NCBI GenBank assembly: GCA_965221905.1 | Contig: OZ244922.1 | Coordinates: forward strand, 2,560,001 to 2,624,000 | DNA from: Chloroflexota bacterium | GTDB lineage: Bacteria; Chloroflexota; UBA11872; VXOZ01 | Length of the DNA: 64,000 bases | Direction of reading: 5' to 3' | Shown here: positions 42,484 through 52,029 of the stretch, one piece after another | Numbering within the stretch: the stretch's first letter is position 1 | Layout of the letters: each line of letters opens with the position of its first letter | Notes under the pieces: generated by a model | What the model saw: the letters and a program-made list of their open reading frames with translations, nothing else | The model's database searches: none | What the model was told of the DNA's origin: nothing | Translations under genes and position numbers: made by a program

Positions 42484-42516
42484 CCGTTCGTGGTGAGCTT
42501 GTCGAACCATGAACGG
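42484..42516 (+). repeat. 33-bp hairpin REP, TGG/CCA variant, capping the satellite
   Basis: CCGTTCGTGGTGAGCTTGTCGAACCATGAACGG; identical to the reverse complement of 6450-6482. Confidence 0.92.
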
Positions 42517-42599
42517 ACTGCTCCTCACCAGGTGGAAGTGAGCGCGAGAGCGGAGTCGTCCCACGTATTGCTACGCGCAGTCGCTCGAACAGACTGCTG

Positions 42600-42680
42600 T
42601 TGACACTCCCGCCTCGCCATTGCTATCCTAAGCAATGCAGGGCAGCACGGCCCCTTGGGCAAGTGCGCTCAGAGCCCTGC
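42600..42680 (+). promoter_or_regulatory. Sigma70 promoter and structured leader of rplU-rpmA
   Basis: TTGACA (42600)-18 bp-TATCCT with upstream TG; GCAGGGC...GCCCTGC leader hairpin. Confidence 0.6.
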
Positions 42681-42727
42681 TCTTTGCATGCTGGCAAAGA
42701 CAAGCATAGAGATTGATGAGGAACATC

Positions 42728-43039
42728 GTGTTCGCAGTCGTCGAAATCGCCGGAAAGCAATATCGCGTCAGTCCCGGAGACCGTATCGCAGTTGAAAGAC
42801 TAGAGGCAGAATCGGGCAGTGAAATCACGCTGGATTCCGTTCTTCTGACCTCCACCGATGATGGCGTTACCATAGGTACACCGGCAATTGCCGGGGCCAA
42901 CATTCGCGCCAACGTGATTGGTGAAGAAAAAGATAGCAAGGTGCTCGTTCTCAAGTACAAACGGAAGAACCGGTACCGGCGCCTTTCAGGCCACCGGCAC
43001 ACATACACTATTCTTGAGATCGCTTCTATCAACACCTAA
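42728..43039 (+). CDS. rplU: 50S ribosomal protein L21
   Basis: FAVVEIAGKQYRV, IGTP, KYKRKNRYRR..GHR. Confidence 0.96.
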   Translation: MFAVVEIAGKQYRVSPGDRIAVERLEAESGSEITLDSVLLTSTDDGVTIGTPAIAGANIRANVIGEEKDSKVLVLKYKRKNRYRRLSGHRHTYTILEIASINT

Positions 43040-43112
43040 AAGTGTTGAGCGGTTTCGCAGGAAGCATAGAGCACTCCAAGAGCTCACCATACGAACGAGG
43101 AGTAACTAACAA

Positions 43113-43370
43113 GTGGCACAGAAAAAAGCCGGCGGCAGCAGCCGTAATGGGCGCGATAGCGCGGGTAGGCGGCTTGGCGTAAAACGTACCGACGGACAGG
43201 TCGTACGCGCGGGAAACATCCTGGTGCGCCAGCGCGGCACGCCGATCAGCCCCGGTGAAAACGTCGGCATAGGTAAAGACCATACGCTCTTTGCCAAAGT
43301 CGACGGCGTCGTCAAGATTGAGACCTTCGGCCGCGATTCCAAACGCGCCATCATCGTTCCTCTCGGCTAA
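43113..43370 (+). CDS. rpmA: 50S ribosomal protein L27
   Basis: [39 protein letters not shown]. Confidence 0.97.
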   Translation: MAQKKAGGSSRNGRDSAGRRLGVKRTDGQVVRAGNILVRQRGTPISPGENVGIGKDHTLFAKVDGVVKIETFGRDSKRAIIVPLG

Positions 43371-43392
43371 TACACCAATCAGACCTCGCTTT

Positions 43393-43467
43393 GGGCCGGT
43401 AGCTCAGTGGGAGAGCGCTGCGTTCGCATCGCAGAAGTCGGGGGTTCAAATCCCCCTCGGTCCACCA
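43393..43467 (+). tRNA. tRNA-Ala (anticodon CGC)
   Basis: Cloverleaf GGGCCGG...TCGGTCC-ACCA, CTGCG-TTCGCAT-CGCAG anticodon arm, GGTTCAAATCC T-arm, G3:U70. Confidence 0.96.
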
Positions 43468-43544
43468 AACTTCGTTATACGCCACACTGATTTGAGACGC
43501 ATCCCCGTCCTAGACCAGCGCTACACAATGAGACGACGATAGCC

Positions 43545-44201
43545 ATGGAGATGGAGCCCGTCACGGAGGGCTGCACCGATTCCCTCGCCGGGGGCGATGA
43601 CATGCGCGGAGACAGGTGGGGAATCGAAGGGCCGCCCGAAGAAGCGTACTCCCGCGTAACCAACCCGGAACGCTTCCAGCCTCTGCACGCCGCAGCGACG
43701 GAGTTACTCGACCGGCTGGAGCGAGAGTTTGCGGTCGAGCGGCTAGAGGGACCGGATGCCGACGACGAACTGGGCAGCAAAAGCCTTGCGCGTCCTGCGA
43801 TCAGACTCACCCCGCACGACCCCCAAGCAGCACCAATCGTGGTGGCTTTTACTGAGTTTCCAGGGCTGCATGTCAGGTTCGGCTCTTGGCGCACAGAGCC
43901 ATTTCCCAATTGTGGCTGCGACGCCTGCGACGAAACGGCCGACGAGGAGATAGGGAAGATGACCGAAATGGTGGAAGCCATCGTCGCCGGCGGGTTCCGC
44001 GAGGCGATGCGAGTGCCTCCGCTGTTGGGGAGCGGTCGGCGGGTATCAGAGTTCCGGTTTAGCGACGGCCACGGCGGTTTTAGCCGCTCTGGAAGCCGCG
44101 TCCCGCGCTCCCGCGCCCTCGAGATGACGGGGGGCAAACTGAACGTGACGCTGGAGTGGAAGCCCTGGCCCCGACGTATTTCAACCGCCGCGCCGCCCTA
44201 G
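43545..44201 (+). CDS. DUF6226-like hypothetical protein
   Basis: RWG..GPPEEAYSRVTNPERFQPLH and FP.CGCDACDE motifs; start may be 43602. Confidence 0.7.
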   Translation: MEMEPVTEGCTDSLAGGDDMRGDRWGIEGPPEEAYSRVTNPERFQPLHAAATELLDRLEREFAVERLEGPDADDELGSKSLARPAIRLTPHDPQAAPIVVAFTEFPGLHVRFGSWRTEPFPNCGCDACDETADEEIGKMTEMVEAIVAGGFREAMRVPPLLGSGRRVSEFRFSDGHGGFSRSGSRVPRSRALEMTGGKLNVTLEWKPWPRRISTAAPP

Positions 44202-44657
44202 CGCTGCTGAGAATGGTCGACGCTCCATAGCAGGCTCGTGCCACGCGATGAAATGACGACGGCCATAAGGACGGAGCCCGACACCAAGAGTTGCGTCGAT
44301 ACCCTCGCCCAGGGGCTGGCGGCTCCCGGGTCAGGGGAGGTACGGGCCGACGCGGCTAGGATATGAACTAGGGTGTGTAGGTGGTATTTCTGCATCCCAT
44401 AACATTGGTAGTTATGAGTCGCAGACCCTGGAAAGCTCACAGGGCGACCTCCCGCCGAAAAGTTCGCAGTACAGTCCGCTCAGTCCCACCGCACTGGACA
44501 AGATCGAGAAATTTCGTGTTGAATTTCAGGCTGGCGCTGTGATTGGCGTCCCGACCCTCGCCGGGCCAGCCACCCGTCCCAGCTATCTCTAGAATTGGCA
44601 ATCGGACGGACGCATTCTATACTAAGCCACATTCAGAGAAGCGGTGAAGGAAGCGAA

Positions 44658-45095
44658 ATGTTGCGGCTGGGGGTGATTGCGATCCTCGGTTTTGTGCTGG
44701 CCTTGGCGGTAGCATGTGGTGGAGAAGGCAACGTGTACGACATCAGGGAAGGGGACTGCCTCAACTACGAGGAGTCGGAGGAGTTAAGTGATGTCGACTT
44801 CATACAGTGCGATGATCCGCATCAGCGCGAGGTGTACGCCGTAGTCTCGATCGGGGTAGATGCAGGCCTGCCATACCCCGGCTCTACCCGCGTGGAGGAA
44901 GTGGCATTGAACCTCTGCTTGGAGCGCTTCGGCTAGTTTGCCGGGCTCCCCTACTCCGAATCGCTGCTCGAAATCGAGACGTTCTTTCCAACCCAGGATT
45001 CGTGGGAAGACATAGACGACCGAGAAGTCATTTGCATGCTGTACGACCTCGAAGAGCTTTACATGGAAGGGTCCATGCGAGGCAGCGAGCGATAA
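44658..45095 (+). pseudogene. Septum-formation-family lipoprotein with in-frame TAG at 44934
   Basis: VAC lipobox, GDC, C..PH..EVY; after TAG the same frame gives FPTQDSW...DREVIC...GSMRGSER*. Confidence 0.8.
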
Positions 45096-45100
45096 TAGCT

Positions 45101-45333
45101 ATGGAAATGGAGGGGGAACGCCCGTTTGGTCGCACGACGGAATCATTTGTACAGGTGAGACCTACAAGCAGATCGTCAAGCTGACCTTCGCCAAGGGCGC
45201 CTTCTTCGCGGACGCCCACCATCTGTTCAACGCTGGATTGACGGAAATCGTCCGTCGAGCGATCGACCCTCGGGCAGAGGATGAGATTGACGGTCCCTCG
45301 TTTCAAGACCTGATCCGGGAGGCCGTCGCCTAG
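45101..45333 (+). pseudogene. DUF1801 (YdhG-like) gene fragment
   Basis: KW.GTPVWSHDGIICTGETYKQIVKLTFAKGA with frameshifts and no start. Confidence 0.7.
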
Positions 45334-45637
45334 AACCAAGACCATCCGCCCAGACAACGCCGTTCCTCAGGTAAGGGCTCGTCCGGTCGATGAGCGCTCC
45401 CGTGCGAGGGCCGAGTCCCGCGCCATCCGCTCACGGCGAGCAGCCCTCGCCGACCGACTGTTCTGCTCGAGTATCGCCCCGCCCGAGGCGCTCGAAAGGC
45501 AGGGCGGCCTCAGCGTCATGACCACCTCGAAAGATCGCAGTACAGGGCACGTTGGCCCGCCAGAATTAGGCTTTTGGATTTCTTGCCGACCAATTTAGCC
45601 GCGCGAAGCGCGGATTGGAATGAATGCAATGATCGTC

Positions 45638-45900
45638 ATGACGTCCAAGCAGTCAGCGAAAATCGCAAAGCAGGCCGGCGCGAAGCCGACTCTCCTCGCA
45701 TGGGGCAACCCTTAAGTTGGGAAGGCCGCCGGCGACGTCCCAGTGCAGGCCTACATTGCGGCCTTGCCAGGATGGAAATGCGGCAGCGGGCGCTGCCTCG
45801 ACGCGCTCATCGTGCGCAGTGTGCCTAACGTGCGAAAGGCCGTGAGGTGGAACTCGCCTTTCCAGGCATCGAGGGCCAGGGCTGGTTCTTTTGGCTCCGC
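45638..45900 (+). pseudogene. Second DUF1801 gene fragment
   Basis: KPTLLAWGNP*VGK..GDVPVQAYIAALPGWK...LDALIVRSVPNVRKAVRWNSPF. Confidence 0.72.
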
Positions 45901-46242
45901 GTATTCACTCCTCAGTCCCCCCCCCAGCCAGCCTGCCAAGTTACAGCTACTCCTTTGGATCGGATCGCCCCCATGTGAAGTGCGATCCCATTTGGTTTTG
46001 CGGCAGCGCAGCCGATGAGAAAGTAGGGATCTAGAAGAATCCTGGCTCCGATTTCTTCTACCCCAAGTCCTAAGGTATTTTCATCAGGTGTCCTGCTTAG
46101 ATAGACTTGGAGTTAAATGCATAAGGGGTCAGCAACATGCAATTGTACGCAACCCCAGCTTTGCCGCGCCTATCGCTAGGCAAGTCACCTGGCCCCCTCT
46201 CCCCGGAGCGGCTTGTCATCCCGGCCACTTTTATGGCAAAGT

Positions 46243-46280
46243 GAGACCCCGCGCTGGGTGGTGGTTTAGCGCGGGGTCTC
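46243..46280 (-). terminator. GC-rich 13-bp stem hairpin, probable terminator
   Basis: GAGACCCCGCGCT...AGCGCGGGGTCTC; ACTTTG follows on the minus strand. Confidence 0.55.
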
Positions 46281-46807
46281 GGGGAAAGTGGAGTGGACGG
46301 AAATCTAATTAATCAAGGGCATGGTGCCAAGCCGAGTCGCTTTCTTTTGCGACCGGCGGAGCATTTGTCTAAGGCGTGGCCTAAGACTTGGTACATCCCT
46401 TGCTCGACGGTGCATGCTGCACACCCGGTAAGTCCGTGGTGTTCGCAGTTTCCTTAACTAAGTCTGCAATAGTCAACACTCGCAAACAATATAACACATT
46501 CATATTATTCTTGCCAAATACTCTCCAAGCGGGATTCTTGAGACGCTTATCCTAGTAGATGGTGCTTCCAGCAGTCGCATGGGATCGATGCGGCGCCCTT
46601 ACTCCTCAGCAATGTGAGACTCAATTATGATACTGTTGTGTCATAGACGGATATTGCATTTATCCCTACCATTAGTCATTACTTCCTTAACTATTTTGCA
46701 GGGCGCTGTGAAGTAATTAGTCTATAGTCCCTTCAAGTCGCCATAGGTTCTTTTTCCCTCGCTATCGTTAGCCAAACAGCCGTTCAACCCATCAAGGTCT
46801 CAATGAA

Positions 46808-47500
46808 ATGATTGCAGCAGGGCTTTTTACTGCGCTGGCAAACGCTTCCTGCGCCGCGTATGCCGTCTCCGTAGACCAGACCATTGTCTTCTGGAACCGC
46901 GCTGCAGAGCGAATTCTCGGCTACACTTCTGAGGAAGTCTTAGGTCGCCGTTGCTATGAGGTTGTAAATGGCCGCGCTCCAGGCGCCTTGACAGAGCAGT
47001 GTTTGAAGGGATGTCCTTCAATCCGTTACCTGCGGGCGGGATTAGTGCCGGCCGCGTCCCGGCTGCACGTGCTCTGCGCCTCTGGTGAGCGAAAGTGGGT
47101 CAGCGTCACGCCCATGGTAGTGGCAGGCATATTGGAAGATGCGCCCCTGCTCGTGCACCTCTTTGAGGACGGCAGTGATGCGGAAGACGCCACCTCATCC
47201 ATATTCGCCCTGCGGGAAGCGATGACAACAGGCGGCGCTGACATTCTGTCGGACCATCCCGCCTCTCTACCAACCCAGACTGAGGCTCCGGCATTGACGC
47301 ACCGGGAGCTGGATGTGCTGCGCCTGGTCGCACTCGGTTGGGACACGCCCCGCATTGCCGGCGAACTAGGCATCAGCCGACACACGGTGCGCAACCACAT
47401 TCGCAATCTGCGGCAGAAGCTCGGAGCAAGCACCAAGCTCGAAGCTGTGGTTACGGGTATTCGCCTGGGCATCCTGCCAATCAGCGGCCCATCGCCATAA
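46808..47500 (+). CDS. PAS-domain LuxR-family transcriptional regulator
   Basis: IVFWNRAAERILGY..EEVLGRRC; LTHRELDVLRLVALG...IAGELGIS.HTVRNH. Confidence 0.9.
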   Translation: MIAAGLFTALANASCAAYAVSVDQTIVFWNRAAERILGYTSEEVLGRRCYEVVNGRAPGALTEQCLKGCPSIRYLRAGLVPAASRLHVLCASGERKWVSVTPMVVAGILEDAPLLVHLFEDGSDAEDATSSIFALREAMTTGGADILSDHPASLPTQTEAPALTHRELDVLRLVALGWDTPRIAGELGISRHTVRNHIRNLRQKLGASTKLEAVVTGIRLGILPISGPSP

Positions 47501-48026
47501 ACGCATCACGTGCGTAGAACGCTCTACTGGACGGTAGAGAGAAACGGCGCCCAGGGAGTCGCAGGTGGGATATTCAGGGACGTGTCGCGCACATTCTTCG
47601 CCTGTCTCGCTCCCCGATCCAATGCAATCTCACAAAGCCGTGCGACACAGCCGGCTAGGGTGCGGCGCAACGCTGTCGCGACCAACAGAGCAACTACACC
47701 TCTGTCGCGTCTTCGTTAATGGGTTGAGGAGCAATTGAAGTTACGTCGGCGCAGTCGCTGACGAGGATTCTCAGCTTCCGACTACTCTCGCTTCTTTGCA
47801 TTGACAGCGAAACCCGCCGCATGAGCAATGACTCTCGGCGCGACTAACGAAACTGGGCTAGGAAAACAAGAATCTTCGTCTGGGGACCATTAGGAATTGT
47901 CAACGCAAATCGTCTAGACTAGATGGGGTGTGGGGCCTTTTCTTCTGCGCCATTCACTATTGGGTTCCCCCTGGGGTGGAACTCCGAAAACTGATCCAAC
48001 ACATATGAATTGAGCAAAGTCATCCG

Positions 48027-48836
48027 GTGATGAATAGAATCACACATCTGGCCCAGCGCATAACGAGCGCGCGGGCATTTGAATTCGGCATTATTGTCAT
48101 CATCATTCTCAATGCCCTGCTGCTCGGTCTCGGCACCTCACCTGCCATAGAAGAGCAATACGGCAACTGGATTCAGTTCTTATATGAAGTGGCCCTGGCA
48201 ATCTTTGTCTTGGAGGCGCTATTGAAGATGGTGGCGTCGTCGCCGCGGGTAGTGGGTTACTTTCGCGATGGTTGGAACGTCTTCGACTTTTTAGTGGTCG
48301 CACTGGCCCTGATACCGGTAACCGGACAGTTCGCTACTATCGCCCGGCTGGTCCGTCTGCTGCGCGTAATGCGGCTCGTGTCGACCATCAAAGACCTGCG
48401 CGTAATCGTTACTGCGCTTGTCAGCTCTATTCCAAGTGTGGGACACGTCATCATGCTGATGGGCATCATCGTATATATCTACGCCATCATTGGCATTCAC
48501 TTGTTCAGCGAGCATGACCCGGAGCATTGGCGAAACGTCGGTATTGCCGTCCTTACGCTCTTCAATATCATCACGTTCGATGGGTGGACTGATGTCATGT
48601 TCACCGCAATGGACCTCAATCCCCTGGCATGGGTCTATTTCGTCAGTTTCGTGGTGGTCGGCACTTTCGTGGTGATCAATCTATTCATCGCCATTATCAT
48701 CGACAAGATGGGTGACGCTAAGCTGGAGCGTATCCTTGATCAAGAGAACCCTGTGTCACGGGAGGAACTTCTGCAGGAGCTCCGCGCCACCAAGGAAACG
48801 CTGCAAAAGCTTGAAGAGCGGATACAGGACAATTAG
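48027..48836 (+). CDS. Prokaryotic 6TM voltage-gated cation channel (BacNav-like)
   Basis: FRDGWNVFDF, S4 ARLVRLLRVMRL, pore LFNIITFDGWTD, S6 NLFIAII, C-terminal coiled coil. Confidence 0.92.
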   Translation: MMNRITHLAQRITSARAFEFGIIVIIILNALLLGLGTSPAIEEQYGNWIQFLYEVALAIFVLEALLKMVASSPRVVGYFRDGWNVFDFLVVALALIPVTGQFATIARLVRLLRVMRLVSTIKDLRVIVTALVSSIPSVGHVIMLMGIIVYIYAIIGIHLFSEHDPEHWRNVGIAVLTLFNIITFDGWTDVMFTAMDLNPLAWVYFVSFVVVGTFVVINLFIAIIIDKMGDAKLERILDQENPVSREELLQELRATKETLQKLEERIQDN

Positions 48837-49150
48837 AACTTTGCCGCAGGCTACCGATTCAGGTCAGGCAGCGGGCTCGCCTTAACGCGGCATCCTGCTG
48901 GCGCTTGGGGTTATTGGCGTGCTTGGCACACTCCTCATCGCCGGTTACTACGGATCCAGAGGCAAGCCGGCCTAGGGGCAACTCCAGTACAAGCTGTCCG
49001 CGCTTAGGTTCGCTTGCCGACACGAAAGGGCCTTCGTTGCTCCTTTGGGAACCGAAGGCCTTTTTGCAATGGATATTGTCAAACTTCGCCGGCATTGAGT
49101 TGTATAATGTCTGATATCACTGCCGAAGACCGTTCCGGAGACAGTTCCAA

Positions 49151-50893
49151 ATGGCTTCGCTACCTTCCCAGAGTCCGCGCTACGAGGCGCACGAGAATCC
49201 GCCCTTCTTGGCAACCTTGGGGTATGGGTTTCAGTTTAGCCTGCTCGCTTCCGCCACCCTCCTGGTAACGCCCGTTATCGTGGCAAAGGCATCGGGCCGC
49301 GACGACTCCTACCTCCTCTGGATGGTCTTTGCTTCTCTGATCGTAGTGGGCATAACCACGCTCTTGCAGGTGCGCCGCATCGGTCCTGTTGGCGGACGGG
49401 CCGTGCTTCCCATGTTCACGGCTGCTTTCTCTATCCCCTTCTGTATCACGGCGGTGGTGGATGGTGGGCCTGCCACTCTGGCGATGCTTGTAGTCGTCTC
49501 CGGCATCTGCCAGTTGATTATCTCGAAATGGCTCTTCATCCTGCGGCGCATGGTCACGCCCACTGTAGGCGGCACTGTGATGATGATTCTCTCCATCACG
49601 CTGGCCTCCGTTGTCTTCGCTCTGTTGGATGAAGCATCGACTGTAGAGCCCACGGCCGCGACCGCGACCGCGCTGGCGACGCTCCTCGTTGTTTCCATTC
49701 TCACCTTTCGCGGGACTCCATTTCTGCGCCTCTGGGCACCGCCGATCGGTATCGTCGTCGGTTGCCTCGTGGCTGCAAGTTTCGGCACGTACGAAATCGA
49801 TCGGGTGCTGCAAGCGCCGTGGGTTGGGTTACCCAGCGAGTGGCCGGATCTTAGGCCCAACTTCGGCATCCCGTTTTGGACCATCCTGCCGTCTTTCGTC
49901 TTCCTGGGCATCATCATTTCCATTCAAGCCAACGGCGAATCCATCGCCCTCCAGCGGGTATCAAGCCGCGAGCCCCGGGCTATCGACTTCCGGCAGGTGC
50001 AAGGCACGCTTGCCGGCGGCGGCATAGGCAATATCCTGAGCGGCATTGCGGGCGCTGTACCCATCATCATCCATCCGGGCACAGTCGCATTTACGCAAGT
50101 CGCCAGTGTTGCTTCTCGCCGGGTCGGCTACCTCATCGGCAGCCTCTTCATCATCATGGCCTTTGTGCCCAAGCTCTCCGGATTGCTCAGTACCATTCCC
50201 GGCCCCGTCATGGCAGGCTACCTTACGCTGGTGACGGGCACCCTGTTCGTTGACGGCGCGCAGCTTGTGATACAAAGCGAACAAAACCGACAAAAAGTGG
50301 TCGTGGCGGGGGTTTCCTTCTGGATTGGCGCTGCTTTCCAATTCAAACTCTTCGCTTTGCCGGCCCTGGGCCCGGTGTGGGATACGCTCCTCAAGAGCGG
50401 CATCTCAACCGGCGGTTTCGCCGCCATCATCATGCTCGTGTTCTTGGAGGTCACGGCCCATCGCAACATACGCTTCAAGGCGCAACTTCACATCGACACA
50501 CTGCCGGAACTCAACGAGTTCATCACCAAGTTCTCTGCCAGCAGAGGCTGGAATACCGCGATGACGGAACGCCTCATGGCAGTGGGGGAAGAGACGCTCC
50601 TCACCCTCGCGCCGCTAGACCTGGAAGGTGATGATGATGAAGAGCACGATGGGCGGCAATTGGTCGTCTTAGTATCCAGTGAGGGCCCCGTGGCAGACCT
50701 GGAATTCATCGGCGGTGGAGACGATGAGAACCTGGAAGACCGCATCCGCCAGCTCCAGCAGCACGATTCGGAAACCCCCGTCGAACAGGAACTTTCCCTC
50801 CGCCTCCTCCGCAACTTCGCCGACTCCGTCCAGCACAAGCAGTACCAAAACAACGACGTCATCACCGTCCGCGTCACAGCGCCGGAGTCTTAA
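49151..50893 (+). CDS. NCS2 (xanthine/uracil permease)-fold transporter with soluble C-terminal domain
   Basis: LGYGFQ, TLLQV, PTVGGTV, VASRRVG, FVPK...IPGPV; about 140-aa acidic tail. Confidence 0.78.
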   Translation: MASLPSQSPRYEAHENPPFLATLGYGFQFSLLASATLLVTPVIVAKASGRDDSYLLWMVFASLIVVGITTLLQVRRIGPVGGRAVLPMFTAAFSIPFCITAVVDGGPATLAMLVVVSGICQLIISKWLFILRRMVTPTVGGTVMMILSITLASVVFALLDEASTVEPTAATATALATLLVVSILTFRGTPFLRLWAPPIGIVVGCLVAASFGTYEIDRVLQAPWVGLPSEWPDLRPNFGIPFWTILPSFVFLGIIISIQANGESIALQRVSSREPRAIDFRQVQGTLAGGGIGNILSGIAGAVPIIIHPGTVAFTQVASVASRRVGYLIGSLFIIMAFVPKLSGLLSTIPGPVMAGYLTLVTGTLFVDGAQLVIQSEQNRQKVVVAGVSFWIGAAFQFKLFALPALGPVWDTLLKSGISTGGFAAIIMLVFLEVTAHRNIRFKAQLHIDTLPELNEFITKFSASRGWNTAMTERLMAVGEETLLTLAPLDLEGDDDEEHDGRQLVVLVSSEGPVADLEFIGGGDDENLEDRIRQLQQHDSETPVEQELSLRLLRNFADSVQHKQYQNNDVITVRVTAPES

Positions 50894-50999
50894 CCTGCCG
50901 CTGGCCGAGTGTTAACGGCTGCGCCACATGGCCTGGCCGCGTATACTAAGTCTCAACCGTAGCCCCATACGTTTACCAAGGAAAGCCTATTGAGCGCTC

Positions 51000-51400
51000 T
51001 CAACATCAGTAGCTTTATCGCGGCATTGCCGATGTCGAACTGCGCGATGTCTACGTGCGGGGCAAGTACTACGACGTCTTTTGCCCATGACCGCAATTCG
51101 CTGGTTGGACGCAGTGCTGGAGCCCACCAGGACGCGATGCTCAGCATGAAGGAGCAGTTGGACTAGTCTAGCATTGCAAACCAAGACTCCGCGCTGCGCC
51201 GGGTCGCCGGCCAAGCCTGCTATAACACCTCTCGCTTTCAGCTCCGCGACCTCGCCCGGCGAGTCGTCAGCAGCTGGCAGGGACCTTGAGAATTACGTTG
51301 ATGGCCTCTTGCCCAGCGTCCAAGGCATTTTGGGAAAGTTCGATTTTCGCAACCAGAATTCCAGACTCATGGAAGCGGATGGCTCGACGCCCATCGCGGG
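51000..51400 (+). pseudogene. hsdM: Type I R-M methyltransferase (HsdM) N-terminal remnant
   Basis: Frameshifted pieces GIADVELRDVYVRGKY.DV, PMT...LDAVLEPT, YNTSRF.LRDL, Y.DG..PSVQ.IL.KF.FRNQ. Confidence 0.8.
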
Positions 51401-51437
51401 CGTTGCGGAATCTCTGTGTTCTGGATAGAGCATTTTG

Positions 51438-51472
51438 TTGCCAAAATGCACACTTCGTGTGATAATTGACGC
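51438..51472 (+). promoter_or_regulatory. Promoter of the brnTA pair, apparently leaderless, with a spacer palindrome
   Basis: TTGCCA-17 bp-GATAAT, ATG 6 nt downstream; ACAC-TTC-GTGT inverted repeat. Confidence 0.55.
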
Positions 51473-51757
51473 ATGAGCGTCAGCTTCGATTGGAGCACGG
51501 AGAAGAACCAATGGCTCATCGAGCAGCGGGGACTCTCGTTCGAGCGCGTGGTCTCCGCCATCGAACAGGGCGGCTTGGTAGACGTGCTGGACCACCCAAA
51601 CCAGGATCGCTACCCGGGGCAAATGATTTATGTCGTGGAAATAGATGAGTACCTTCATCTTGTGCCATTCGTCACGCAGGCTGACGGCACGCGCTTTCTA
51701 AAGACGATTATTCCCAGCCGGAAGTCGATGAGAGACTATCGGAGGAGGTTACCGTGA
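51473..51757 (+). CDS. BrnT-family toxin
   Basis: FDWSTEKN..L..QRGLSFE, HPN..RYPGQ, FLKTIIPSRK. Confidence 0.85.
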   Translation: MSVSFDWSTEKNQWLIEQRGLSFERVVSAIEQGGLVDVLDHPNQDRYPGQMIYVVEIDEYLHLVPFVTQADGTRFLKTIIPSRKSMRDYRRRLP

Positions 51758-52029
51758 ACGACGAGATAAGCGCGGAAGAGCGTGACATTCTCGCTCGATT
51801 CGAGCGGGGCGAGTTGCGTTCCGCGCCTGACGCTGAACGCGAGGTCGAGACCGCCCGTCAGGCGGCGCGCAATACCTTCAATAAGACCAAGCGGGTGAAC
51901 TTGCGCGTAACTGTGCGCGACTTCAACCTCGCCCATTCCCGCGCCAGGGAAGAGGGCATACCCTATCAAACCCTGCTTTCCAGCGTGATTCATAAATACC
52001 TCTCCGGTCGACTGACCGAGAAACGATAA
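51754..52029 (+). CDS. Cognate antitoxin (BrnA/CopG RHH type)
   Basis: GTGA overlap; KRVNLRV, AREEGIPYQTLLSSVIHKY. Confidence 0.85.
   Translation: MNDEISAEERDILARFERGELRSAPDAEREVETARQAARNTFNKTKRVNLRVTVRDFNLAHSRAREEGIPYQTLLSSVIHKYLSGRLTEKR

Noticed and set aside
41970-42516. CRISPR or mini-CRISPR array
   Set aside because: The variable parts recur with a 130-bp period rather than being unique spacers; the period is too short
47720-48020. Metal- or ion-sensing riboswitch upstream of the channel
   Set aside because: No recognisable aptamer consensus seen by eye
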